64,000 nt of DNA from a virus (lineage: Duplodnaviria > Caudoviricetes): the IMG/VR virus record IMGVR_UViG_3300028805_000048. One strand, 5' to 3'. Shown here one piece after another: positions 38,651-48,715 of this stretch; positions within the stretch are counted from its first letter, which is position 1; each line of letters begins with the position of its first letter. The position numbers were made by a program, and so were the translations under genes. The notes below the pieces were generated by a model, which was not told the DNA's origin, searched no databases, and saw only the letters and a program-made list of their open reading frames with translations.

Positions 38651-39859
38651 ATGCCTATTAATAAAGCTGAAGATTTGAGTAAATATGCTAATAGTAATGG
38701 AGCGAACATTGTTACTATTGGTAATTATACATATAAAGATGAAAATGGTAATGATAAAACTTTATCATTTGATCAAATTTATACTAACTTAACGGCTGAT
38801 GCACGAGGTATTCATAATCATAAATCTTTAGATTTTTCTAATGTTGGTATGCCGACGCAAAAATCAGATGGAAATAAAGTTAAACAATTGCGTCAATTTC
38901 ATCAAACACGTCTTTATATCATGGATTATGATGGTGTAATGGCACATAATGTTGAACAGAAGAAACACAACGCTACATATCTCATATCTGCTAATCTTCC
39001 TGAACAATTCAGTTATACAGTAGGTTCTACTTGGACACAGCCTTTTCAACAATTTAGTTCAGCTACAATGAATGGACTTATTCAATTAGGTGGTAAAGAA
39101 GCAATAAATAGAATAACAGGCGATCAAGATGCCGGTAATGAAATTCAATCGCTAACAAATAGAGTTATGACTATTCAGACTTGGAATGGTTCAATGCCTT
39201 TAAATTTAAGTTTACGTATTCCAGTAATTGATGATGGCCATCCAGCAGAATCTTCAGTTGGTGTTGGAATAAGAACAAATCTCGTTGAAGCATTAGAATT
39301 TCTTGGAAGTTTATGTTTACCAAAATCTTCTGGTCATTTAGGATTTTATGAACCGCCACCATCTCCATATGATTTTACTTATACATCATATGCAAAAGAT
39401 AAAAATGGTAAATATACCAATACTGTAGATAATAGTAAATTTAATTTTTATGGACAAGCTAATAATCATGCTAGAATTATGCTTCAATTAGGAGGTATGC
39501 TTCTTGTTGATAATGTTATTGTTAAAGATATAAAAGTAGAATATCCGAATACAAAAACAATGATTAGACACTGGTATGCTCCAGGTGGAACACAAGTTGG
39601 AACAGCTGGTCAGTCTTATTTAACTCCATTGTTAGCTAATGTTACCATTGATATAACTACTTCTGAGGCAATTACTGCACAAACTTATAGTAAGATGCTT
39701 TGGTTAAGACAGCAAACAGATCAAGGTTCATTTAAATTAAATAATGCTGAAGTAGAAAAAGTACAAGGATATGGTATAGAAACATTTGACAGAATTAAAA
39801 AAGGTGTTGATAGATTATTTGATGGAAAAGGATTTAGTGAACAAAAATCACCATCATAA
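38651..39859 (+). CDS. Baseplate/tube-cap-like protein
   Basis: CLP...YEPPP..., IMLQLG...NVIVKDIKVEY...PLLANVTIDI pattern; position between tape measure and gp53. Confidence 0.55.
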   Translation: MPINKAEDLSKYANSNGANIVTIGNYTYKDENGNDKTLSFDQIYTNLTADARGIHNHKSLDFSNVGMPTQKSDGNKVKQLRQFHQTRLYIMDYDGVMAHNVEQKKHNATYLISANLPEQFSYTVGSTWTQPFQQFSSATMNGLIQLGGKEAINRITGDQDAGNEIQSLTNRVMTIQTWNGSMPLNLSLRIPVIDDGHPAESSVGVGIRTNLVEALEFLGSLCLPKSSGHLGFYEPPPSPYDFTYTSYAKDKNGKYTNTVDNSKFNFYGQANNHARIMLQLGGMLLVDNVIVKDIKVEYPNTKTMIRHWYAPGGTQVGTAGQSYLTPLLANVTIDITTSEAITAQTYSKMLWLRQQTDQGSFKLNNAEVEKVQGYGIETFDRIKKGVDRLFDGKGFSEQKSPS

Positions 39860-39875
39860 TAAAAGGAAATAAGAC

Positions 39876-40271
39876 ATGGCTAATAATATATCGTATGATT
39901 CATTTTTTGAAGATAGAATATTAGATCCAAATGGAATATCTGTATGTGATATAAACAAAGGATTAGATAATCTTTATAAATACTTTGTAGATACTAAAGA
40001 TCAATTTTATACATCTCAAAGATATTTAGTTCCAGAACAAGAAGAAGGTTATCCTGATATGGTTGCATATAAATCTATATTAGGTTCACAATCTTTTTGG
40101 TGGTGGGTATTATTAATCAATGAATTGGATGATGCATTTGAAGGAATTAAACAGAATTGGGCTTATTCCGTTGTAAATGGTAATCAAATATCTACCTTTA
40201 TTCAAAATTCAACTTCTGCTGAAGAAGCTTCAAGTGATGATAGAATAGGAACAGTAGTAGAGTTAAACTAA
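39876..40271 (+). CDS. Baseplate wedge protein, gp53-like
   Basis: YPDMVAYK..LGSQSFWWWVLLIN LysM-like gp53 motif. Confidence 0.8.
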   Translation: MANNISYDSFFEDRILDPNGISVCDINKGLDNLYKYFVDTKDQFYTSQRYLVPEQEEGYPDMVAYKSILGSQSFWWWVLLINELDDAFEGIKQNWAYSVVNGNQISTFIQNSTSAEEASSDDRIGTVVELN

Positions 40272-40272
40272 T

Positions 40273-41421
40273 ATGATTGTACAAGGAATTTATAATTTAG
40301 ATATACTTATTGATAACCTTAGTTTATTTAAGGCTCCTGATACTGTGTTTATAAAAGGCGATATATATGAAGCAATTATGAATCCTGTACCAACGTGTTC
40401 ATTAGAATTGATTATTCCTTTGTCATGGTTTGATAACAGAACGATAGCTGACGGTACGTTGATAACTTTTGAATTTAAATCAGAAATACTCAACTTGAAT
40501 GAAAGATGTTATTTTCGTGTCTTTAATATAGAAGAAGTTCAATTATCTCAAAAAAATGCAACAGTCAAATTGAATGGTGTTTTAGATTTTTATAAAGGAT
40601 ATACACCTGGCAACGATATAAATATGTATGGTAATTCATCAGATATTTTTCAAAGAATAGCTAGTATTGGACAATTAACACCGAATATAGATCCGACTAA
40701 CGATAAACAACTTTGGATAGCTGGTGAAAAGAATATTTATCAATTTATGTCAATGATCGCTTCTAGAGGTTGGATAGACGAAACGTCTGCTATGATATGG
40801 TGTATAGATCGTAAAAAGAATTTGTTATATAAGAATCTGACATCTTTATTTAGAAATAGACAAGATAAAGTTTATAATTTTGTTCAAAAATCTATAAGTG
40901 CTTGTAAAGAAAAAGAATATGAATATTCTGGTGTTACTGGATCTATTCAAGCTGGATCTAATAATTTAAAAAACGAAGGATATGGTGGAGAAGATTATTA
41001 TTTTGATCTTCTTTCATATTCGTTAAAACCTGTTGCCGCTAGAAAAGCAGTTGCAGAAAGCAAATTTATAAACATTTCTAAAGAATTATCACAAGGTTTA
41101 TCAGATTGTCAATATCCATTTGATGTTGGTAATTTTCATCCAAATCATTTTTTAGCACGTAAACAAAATAAGCGTATTTTATCTACGTATTCAACATATA
41201 TGATCTTACAGACGCAACATCTTCAATCGTTTAGACTTGGACAAATTGTAACTTTTGAATTCATGGATTCTCAAACTAAAGCCAATAAATCTAAAGCTAT
41301 GTCTGGAGTAAATATGATAGATGCCATTCATACAGAAATAACTAAAGAATATATAAGATCTACAGTCGAAATCGTATCTCAAGGCATGAATGGTACAGTG
41401 ACTACACAGGAGGTATATTAA
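40273..41421 (+). CDS. Baseplate hub protein, gp27-like
   Basis: IYEAI..P, size and position between gp53 and gp5; LGQIVTF...SGVNMIDAIH. Confidence 0.65.
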   Translation: MIVQGIYNLDILIDNLSLFKAPDTVFIKGDIYEAIMNPVPTCSLELIIPLSWFDNRTIADGTLITFEFKSEILNLNERCYFRVFNIEEVQLSQKNATVKLNGVLDFYKGYTPGNDINMYGNSSDIFQRIASIGQLTPNIDPTNDKQLWIAGEKNIYQFMSMIASRGWIDETSAMIWCIDRKKNLLYKNLTSLFRNRQDKVYNFVQKSISACKEKEYEYSGVTGSIQAGSNNLKNEGYGGEDYYFDLLSYSLKPVAARKAVAESKFINISKELSQGLSDCQYPFDVGNFHPNHFLARKQNKRILSTYSTYMILQTQHLQSFRLGQIVTFEFMDSQTKANKSKAMSGVNMIDAIHTEITKEYIRSTVEIVSQGMNGTVTTQEVY

Positions 41422-42071
41422 TGCGAGATTTTTTTCAGCAAGATGATACCTTAACAAATCCATTCTTTGTTGCTACAGTAGAAGATAATAATGATCCTAC
41501 AGGTAATTATCGTGTAAAAGTTCGTATTCCACAAGTTCATCACAGTAACATAACAACAGCTAATTTACCTTGGGCAGCAAAATTAGGACAATCTTTTTTA
41601 GGTTCTGGTAGTTCAGGTTCAAATCATTGCGTTCCTGAAGTAGGTTCACAGGTTTTAGTAATAGCAGTAGGAAACAATTTAAATTCTTTAATATATATAG
41701 GCATTCTTTGTCACAATGAATCTGTAACACCCTCTGGTAATAGTTATACAGGTTCATATGGTATTTATATGGCTAATGGTCAATTTTTAGGTGTTGATAA
41801 AATAACTCAAACTTTAAAAATGATTTATCAAGGTCATATAGACGTCGATAAAATAATAGATGGTAAAATAACCATTTCAGATAAACTAGATGTAACATGT
41901 CCAAAATTGAATATTACTGGTGATGTTGATATACTTGGAAAACTTCATATTTCAGGCGAGGCTGTTTCAGATACAGAATTTAAAGCAAAAAATGTAACAT
42001 TGACAGGACATAGACATGTTGTTCCACAAACACCATCAGGAAAACAGACTTCTGATACAGGTAAAGGATAA
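41421..42071 (+). CDS. Baseplate central spike (gp5/gpV-like)
   Basis: VEDNNDP..YRVKVRIP, LPWA, VPEVGSQV OB-fold; C-terminal HRH apex motif; no lysozyme domain. Confidence 0.88.
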   Translation: MRDFFQQDDTLTNPFFVATVEDNNDPTGNYRVKVRIPQVHHSNITTANLPWAAKLGQSFLGSGSSGSNHCVPEVGSQVLVIAVGNNLNSLIYIGILCHNESVTPSGNSYTGSYGIYMANGQFLGVDKITQTLKMIYQGHIDVDKIIDGKITISDKLDVTCPKLNITGDVDILGKLHISGEAVSDTEFKAKNVTLTGHRHVVPQTPSGKQTSDTGKG

Positions 42072-42102
42072 TCTATTTTTTCATTATAGTTTCTTATATA
42101 TA

Positions 42103-42111
42103 AAGTTCTAA
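42103..42111 (+). promoter_or_regulatory. Putative late promoter motif AAGTTCTAA
   Basis: Recurrent intergenic motif. Confidence 0.6.
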
Positions 42112-42152
42112 TAAACAATAGATAATTTATACTTTATATATCGTTTTAAATA

Positions 42153-42527
42153 ATGGATACTTATATTGATTTAAATCAAGATTACTTGACATCTGCTAAT
42201 GAAACAAGTGTTATTGTAACCGATACTAAAAACGTTATAGAATCTTTAACGCGTCTTTTTATGACAGGAAAAGGCGAAGTTCCGTTTAATCGTGAATATG
42301 GAACATCTTTAAAATCTTTATTGTTTGAAACAAATTTAGATCCAGCAGATATTGCTAATTATTTATATATGGATATTACGACATGGGAACCAAGAGTAAC
42401 ATTAAATCCAGCAGATATAAATATAGTACAAAGAGATAATAATAGTTATGAAGTGTTTTGTACATTTACTGTGATTGGTGTGAATGGTAATCCACAAACC
42501 ATATCAACTATCGTTTCAGGTGGGTAA
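42153..42527 (+). CDS. Baseplate wedge protein, gp25-like
   Basis: T.KGEVPFNREYGTSL..LLFE, WEPRV. Confidence 0.9.
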   Translation: MDTYIDLNQDYLTSANETSVIVTDTKNVIESLTRLFMTGKGEVPFNREYGTSLKSLLFETNLDPADIANYLYMDITTWEPRVTLNPADINIVQRDNNSYEVFCTFTVIGVNGNPQTISTIVSGG

Positions 42528-42532
42528 AAAGA

Positions 42533-45500
42533 ATGAAATTAGATAATATAATTTATGACGTAGATTCACTTAAAGTTGCAATCGCTGAGCAGTGGAGTGC
42601 TGATTCAGAAGTATTTGCTTCTATATATCCATCTGATACAGCTACAGCTTTGATAAACGGTATGGCTGCATATGGTTCTATGCTGCAATATACCATTGTT
42701 TCATGTCTTGCTAACTGCTATACATCAACAGCTTTTTCTGATGCTGCTGTTTATCAGTTGGCAGATACATTGGGAAATGATTTACATGGTAACGTGTCTA
42801 GTCAAGTAATTGTTAACATTATAAAAAACAATTTAAAAGAAGAAAACTTGACGATTCCACAATATAGTACGTTCGTTATAGGTGGTAAAAAATTCTTTAA
42901 TCCATATGAAATAATTCTTCCTGCTAATGTTCCGTTTGTACATACAATTACTCTTGTTCAAGGTGAAATAATTGAAGTAAATAAAACTACATCTGGTATA
43001 GCAAATGAAAAGTTTTATTTTTCTTCAGAATTTAAAGCATCTCCACACTATATTCGTGTTTTCATAAATGATGAAGAATGGAATGTTGTCGAATCATTTT
43101 TGCAATATGATAAATCTTATGTATTATCTCCAGAAGATATGAATTCTGTCATTTTAAAAACAGATCCTGATGGTAGAGCTTATATAAAAGTCGGTAATGG
43201 TCAATTAGGTACATTACCTATGAGTGGAAGCGTTATTCAAATAAAATATTGCTCAAATGATGGTAAAGATGGTAATATTGATGAAAAAGGCGCAGAAGGT
43301 GTTTTAGAATCACAGTTAGTATATACTGATAGATATGGTAATCAACAAACGTTGGATGTTACTGTTGTTACAACGACTACTGCTTATGGTGGTTTTTCTA
43401 AACAATCTGTAGAAACATTACGTCTTACATCACCTTGGGTATTTGCTTCCGGTCATAGAGCGATTAGACGTCAAGATTATAATGCTCTTTTACAAAATCA
43501 ATGTGGTTATATAACTTCACAAGTTTGGGGTGAATATGAAGAAGCTAATAGAATAGGTGCATATGATCATTTGATGATGAATATGGTTTATTATACTGGT
43601 ATAAAGAACTTTAGAGATTATCCATATTTTAAATTAGATACAATAACTAATCCTACAGCATATACAGGTGCTTTATACAGTAATTCTGGATTTTATGGGT
43701 CTTATAATTTAAGATTATCTAATTTGGTTGGTTCAAGAAATGACATATATGTACAAGATACAGGTGCTCAAGGTTGGTTATTTATAAACGATAATGATCA
43801 AGATCCACGCGATAGTCTTTTACCAGATTGGATAGCTAGTGAAAATAGGTATTATAGAAACATCATAACGTTTGATCCAAGTGATTCACAATCAGGAACA
43901 AGTGGCGGTTTAAATTATAAAGTAAACGATGAATTATGGATAAATGTTACTGTACCAGCTTCTGGAGGAACAATACCAACAACAACAATACAAACTAATT
44001 GTTTGGTACGTGTAAAAGAAATAGATTCAAATGGTAAGGTATTAAAGATAGAATTATTAACTAAAGCTAGTTCAGAAAGATATAACATTGTTGAAACTTC
44101 TACATTTTCAACAACTTATTATAAAGGTATATCTCAACAAGGTGTAGGATTAGTTGTAAAATTATCACAAGAACAATATGATGATTCTAATTTGATTACT
44201 ACTAATGATTTTGAATATACTGAAGAAGAATTAGAAAATCCTTTAATAAATGCTCGTTCTGATAAACCTAATGGAGAAGATACATTTTATAGAAGCATTT
44301 TTCATCCGACATTACAATATCCAGTTCAAATTAGAATAAATTATAATGAATCAAAGACAATAACCGGTATAAAATTTAAAGCAACAAATCCAAGAAATGG
44401 TACATTTATTGGTACAATTGCTATGTTTGGAAGTAACGGTATTGATAATGGTCAAGGTGGTACAAATCCTCCTTCTTATGTAAATGTTAGAAATAATTCA
44501 GAAGATTGGACTTGCATCATTAATAGAAAAGAATTAAGTACACCTTATAATTCGGAAAACGATAATGATTGCTGGAGCAATTGGATTGCAACATCATGTT
44601 TCTTGAACGATCAAGGAGAAACTGAAAAAGATGCAAATGGTGATCCAAAATTAAAAGAATATAAATATTACGTTATTGAATTTTATTCAACAGAAAACAA
44701 CAGTGAAGAAGATTCTAAAATAACATTTGATTCAATGAAAGTTTTATATTCAGATAATACGTCATTGATTTTTTATACAGAAAATGGTGAAATAAGGCTT
44801 AATTTACCTACAGCTGGTGATCCTGGTCCAGGTACAGAAGATGGTTATATTGAAAACAGTTTAATAACTAGTAAAAATTATCCTTTATATAATTATGGAA
44901 TTACATTAGCTGGTATTACAAAAGCCAATGGATATGAAGATAATGATATACTTGTATATAAATCAACAAATGGATCAATATTTAGAATAAAAGTTGTATC
45001 TATTGCCAATGAAGAATACTTAATGAGTGTAAACGGCAGTGAAGTATTAGTTGGTAACGATAATGTTCAAATGGCTTCTAATCAACCAGTTTCATTTGGT
45101 GATAATAAAATATATACATATACTCTTGATCCAATCACAAATCAACCAATTGTTGGTAACGGTGGTTCTGGGTATAAAGTCAACGATGTAGTATATATCG
45201 CAAGAACAGATCCAGATCAAATAGCTAGATTAGGTGAAAAAACTGATTTGAGTTTAAGAGTTGCTGCAGTTGATAGTTCTGGTGCTGTTTTAGCTTTAAC
45301 TTGGTTAAACAATGAATTATTAGATGAAGAATTAGATAAAGTAATTAACTATAGTGTATCGCCAACAATAACCGATGGTGAAGGAGTAAACTTAAAATTA
45401 GTTGTTGTTTCTAAACCTGGAACACTTGGTACACAAGGAACAATATTGATAAAGTCATCATATAATATAGAAGTTAATGCTAATTTCAAAGGTGATAGAA

Positions 45501-45880
45501 TAAATACAGCTGATGTAAATTATTATGATGAACCGATAATTAAAAAATTCAATCATTTCACAACATATCTTGAATTTATACAACCAGAAATGCATAATGT
45601 TAATATTCATGCACAAGTAGCAATTAAGAAAAATTCACAAATAGCTTCTGGAATAGTTCTTCAAAATGTTCGTACAAACATTCAAAAATTATTTGAAATA
45701 ACTCCAGATTATATGGGTAAAGATCTTAAATTGTCTGATATTTATAAAGCTATTACAGGTACAGAATATGTATCTTGGTGTAAAGTTTTAAAACCATTAG
45801 ATAATCAAAATATAAACGCAAATGAAATTATGATTTGTCAAGATATTATTTTAGATGAAGTACAGGATATATATGAGTAA
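42533..45880 (+). CDS. Baseplate wedge protein, gp6-like with large insertion
   Basis: LVQGE, YIKVGNG.LG..P, GGFSKQSVETLR, RAIRRQDY, VWGE; gp6 C-terminal region resumes after about 600 extra residues. Confidence 0.85.
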   Translation: MKLDNIIYDVDSLKVAIAEQWSADSEVFASIYPSDTATALINGMAAYGSMLQYTIVSCLANCYTSTAFSDAAVYQLADTLGNDLHGNVSSQVIVNIIKNNLKEENLTIPQYSTFVIGGKKFFNPYEIILPANVPFVHTITLVQGEIIEVNKTTSGIANEKFYFSSEFKASPHYIRVFINDEEWNVVESFLQYDKSYVLSPEDMNSVILKTDPDGRAYIKVGNGQLGTLPMSGSVIQIKYCSNDGKDGNIDEKGAEGVLESQLVYTDRYGNQQTLDVTVVTTTTAYGGFSKQSVETLRLTSPWVFASGHRAIRRQDYNALLQNQCGYITSQVWGEYEEANRIGAYDHLMMNMVYYTGIKNFRDYPYFKLDTITNPTAYTGALYSNSGFYGSYNLRLSNLVGSRNDIYVQDTGAQGWLFINDNDQDPRDSLLPDWIASENRYYRNIITFDPSDSQSGTSGGLNYKVNDELWINVTVPASGGTIPTTTIQTNCLVRVKEIDSNGKVLKIELLTKASSERYNIVETSTFSTTYYKGISQQGVGLVVKLSQEQYDDSNLITTNDFEYTEEELENPLINARSDKPNGEDTFYRSIFHPTLQYPVQIRINYNESKTITGIKFKATNPRNGTFIGTIAMFGSNGIDNGQGGTNPPSYVNVRNNSEDWTCIINRKELSTPYNSENDNDCWSNWIATSCFLNDQGETEKDANGDPKLKEYKYYVIEFYSTENNSEEDSKITFDSMKVLYSDNTSLIFYTENGEIRLNLPTAGDPGPGTEDGYIENSLITSKNYPLYNYGITLAGITKANGYEDNDILVYKSTNGSIFRIKVVSIANEEYLMSVNGSEVLVGNDNVQMASNQPVSFGDNKIYTYTLDPITNQPIVGNGGSGYKVNDVVYIARTDPDQIARLGEKTDLSLRVAAVDSSGAVLALTWLNNELLDEELDKVINYSVSPTITDGEGVNLKLVVVSKPGTLGTQGTILIKSSYNIEVNANFKGDRINTADVNYYDEPIIKKFNHFTTYLEFIQPEMHNVNIHAQVAIKKNSQIASGIVLQNVRTNIQKLFEITPDYMGKDLKLSDIYKAITGTEYVSWCKVLKPLDNQNINANEIMICQDIILDEVQDIYE

Positions 45881-48701
45881 TACTGTTAATGATATAAATA
45901 AAATATATTGTGATAGTCCTATTTCTGTTAGACACATTAATATGACATCTTTGCTATTTGTCGATGATAAAGTTGTATCAAAATCTAGATATTCTGTTAT
46001 AGATAGTTATATAAATTTATTAGATGTTGCAGAAAAAGATATATGTCTTTATCAACATCGAGGATCTTCTAATTATTATGAATATCGCATGAATTTAAAA
46101 GAATTATCTACTATATCAGGTAGAGATATTTATGGAAATACTTTACAAAATATTACAAAAACAAATCATATATTGTTTATAAATGGATTAAAAATACAAC
46201 AATCTGCTTATACGATTGATACAGAAAATAACACAATAACATTAAATGTAATATTTCCTAATGAAGAAATATCAACAATCATAATTTATACTTCAGATAG
46301 TATGCAATATATGGGGAAAGTTAATGCTATCGATGAAGAAACTGGTGGATATAAAAGAGATTGGAATTTAGAAAAACATTCATTTAAATTAGATGATTAT
46401 ACATATCTTCGTTATATATTTTTTAAAAATGGTGAAGTTTTAACACGTGATTACATTCACAAAATAAGAGATGTCGTAACACTTAATACAGAATTAAATA
46501 TTCGCATAAATCCAGAAACTGGTGAAAAATATATGGTTGATGACATTGATTATTATATGTTACCAATTGATACAGAAAATGTAATATTCAATGCTGATCC
46601 TGGATATTTTTCATATGGTCCAAAGGATAATCTTGATTTACCTGTTCCAGAAGTTCATGATGCTGAAGTAACATTTCAATCAATTGTAAGATTAGCAATA
46701 GATGATGTTAGAAAAGGTTTCTTCATAAGAGAAGCCGATGGTGATGGTTGTGTTATGATTTCTGGTGAGAATTTTGAAACAAAAACAGCTTATTGTACAA
46801 CAATAAAGAAATTTTCTAAAGAATCATATTCTAAAAATGAATATTTTGTTCAAGTTCCTAATGCTAAATCTATTTTGAAATATATATCAGAATATGATTT
46901 GAATAAAATGCTTATGCCTGAAATATTAGGCAGTTTTCAAAAATTATTACTTGATGAAACATATGATAGTGTTCAACGTTTAAAAAATTCAAGAAGTATA
47001 AATTATGTTGATTCTACTGAAATAAACAAGTTAATTAGATTTATGGGATTAGATATAAATCTTACAAATATAGATTTAGAAAAAAAGCACGCTTTATTAG
47101 AAGAATTAACAAACTTCTATAACATTGTTGGTACACGTGAATCATATAATTTTTATAATATCACAAACAATACTGGTAAAATAGTAAATATCGATCAATT
47201 ATTTACTCCAATTAAAGATTACACTGATACTGAAACATTGGATAGTGCTAGAAGGTATGTTGATTTTAGAACAGCAGAAGAATTAGGCGCAGTAACAAAA
47301 ACACGTTATGAATATCCTTTTTATGATTTAGGTCAAGTAGATATTTTAGCAAATCCAGATGATTCATTTACAAATCAACCAAGAGATGAAGGAATATTAA
47401 ATTACACTGGATACAAAATAATAGGCGAACCATTAATCGATTCTAGAGATAGAATAAGTGGTTTTACAAAAAATGATTATATAGAATTAAATGATATTTT
47501 TGATCCTAGTGAAAAAAACTTTAAAGTTATGATTAAGTTTAAAACTCCAAATAATGTTGCTACTGGATCAGATCAAGCTTTGTTTGAAGCTAATGGAAAT
47601 ATAAATTATTGTGGATTAATCGTTTATATAAGAAGTAATGGACACTTAGCATTTAATTTTCCAAAAGAAGACATGTCAGGTTGGTATGGTGGAGTAACTT
47701 CAAGTTTCATTCTGAAACCAAATACTTGGTATTGGGTAATTGTAGAAAGAATAGATAAAAAAATAACAAGTTATTATTCTATTAACGGAAGAGATTATAT
47801 AATTATAGGTTCAAAAACTTTAACAGACAACTTTGTTATGCCTACGTTCAATTATACACGTATAGGCGTTAGAAAAAATACAATAACAGATAAAATTTCT
47901 AATATTTATAATGGTATAATAGATTTAAACGAATATTATATTTACATCGATGATTCTTTGTATTGGACAGCGATACCAACAGGATTACCTGCTACATTAT
48001 CTCATACAAGTAATGTTGTTGTTAACTTGATTAAGAAAAAACTTATTGTTTATAAATTAAGTAGTAGTAATGAACAATACGTTGGATATGTATGTGAAAA
48101 TGATAAAATATACAATGATAATAAAATAGAAATAGGTTATGTTACTGGTGAAAATCATGATATTCCACACATAGAAAACATGACTGAATATGAATTAATA
48201 GATATTGATCCTGGTGAAGAATTAAATGTAAATGAACTTTTATTAAATGTAAATGTCGAAAAATATACACCTGTAAACAGATATATAATTGAGCCAGTAG
48301 CTGGTCCTAATAAACCAACAATGGATTTTGGTTATATAAATGAAGAAGCAACAAGCTTTTATGATTTTGGTTATGTATCAGATACGATAAAAGGACAATG
48401 GATTTCATGGACAGAATGGGATAGACCTAAAAATTGGTATCCAACAAATCATGTTGATGTAGCCGTTCAAATTCCACCAACGATAGACTATAAGACATTT
48501 ATGACAGAGTTTAAAAATACTTTTTATGATATAGCTAGCGCAGTTCTATATATACATAGTATCATTGAAGTTTATACATTTGGTGATGAAAATCCATCTG
48601 GAGTAGGCGCTAATTTTGGTATATTAACTACACCAACTTACTATACGTATGAATGGGCATTCACAAATGATCCAAGAAGACAAGATTATCGATATGATTA
48701 A
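45873..48701 (+). CDS. Baseplate wedge protein, gp7-like, with LamG-like insert
   Basis: FYNIVGTRESY (gp7/P2 gpI KGT-type motif); LKPNTWYWVIVER...YSING LamG-like segment; AGGA RBS supports start 45873. Confidence 0.65.
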   Translation: MSNTVNDINKIYCDSPISVRHINMTSLLFVDDKVVSKSRYSVIDSYINLLDVAEKDICLYQHRGSSNYYEYRMNLKELSTISGRDIYGNTLQNITKTNHILFINGLKIQQSAYTIDTENNTITLNVIFPNEEISTIIIYTSDSMQYMGKVNAIDEETGGYKRDWNLEKHSFKLDDYTYLRYIFFKNGEVLTRDYIHKIRDVVTLNTELNIRINPETGEKYMVDDIDYYMLPIDTENVIFNADPGYFSYGPKDNLDLPVPEVHDAEVTFQSIVRLAIDDVRKGFFIREADGDGCVMISGENFETKTAYCTTIKKFSKESYSKNEYFVQVPNAKSILKYISEYDLNKMLMPEILGSFQKLLLDETYDSVQRLKNSRSINYVDSTEINKLIRFMGLDINLTNIDLEKKHALLEELTNFYNIVGTRESYNFYNITNNTGKIVNIDQLFTPIKDYTDTETLDSARRYVDFRTAEELGAVTKTRYEYPFYDLGQVDILANPDDSFTNQPRDEGILNYTGYKIIGEPLIDSRDRISGFTKNDYIELNDIFDPSEKNFKVMIKFKTPNNVATGSDQALFEANGNINYCGLIVYIRSNGHLAFNFPKEDMSGWYGGVTSSFILKPNTWYWVIVERIDKKITSYYSINGRDYIIIGSKTLTDNFVMPTFNYTRIGVRKNTITDKISNIYNGIIDLNEYYIYIDDSLYWTAIPTGLPATLSHTSNVVVNLIKKKLIVYKLSSSNEQYVGYVCENDKIYNDNKIEIGYVTGENHDIPHIENMTEYELIDIDPGEELNVNELLLNVNVEKYTPVNRYIIEPVAGPNKPTMDFGYINEEATSFYDFGYVSDTIKGQWISWTEWDRPKNWYPTNHVDVAVQIPPTIDYKTFMTEFKNTFYDIASAVLYIHSIIEVYTFGDENPSGVGANFGILTTPTYYTYEWAFTNDPRRQDYRYD

Positions 48702-48715
48702 TAGGATTTATATAA

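Noticed and set aside
42075-42096. Fifth anti-RBS/minigene element (AAGAA-ATG AAA AAA TAG on minus strand)
   Set aside because: Weak SD and no hairpin; indistinguishable from chance
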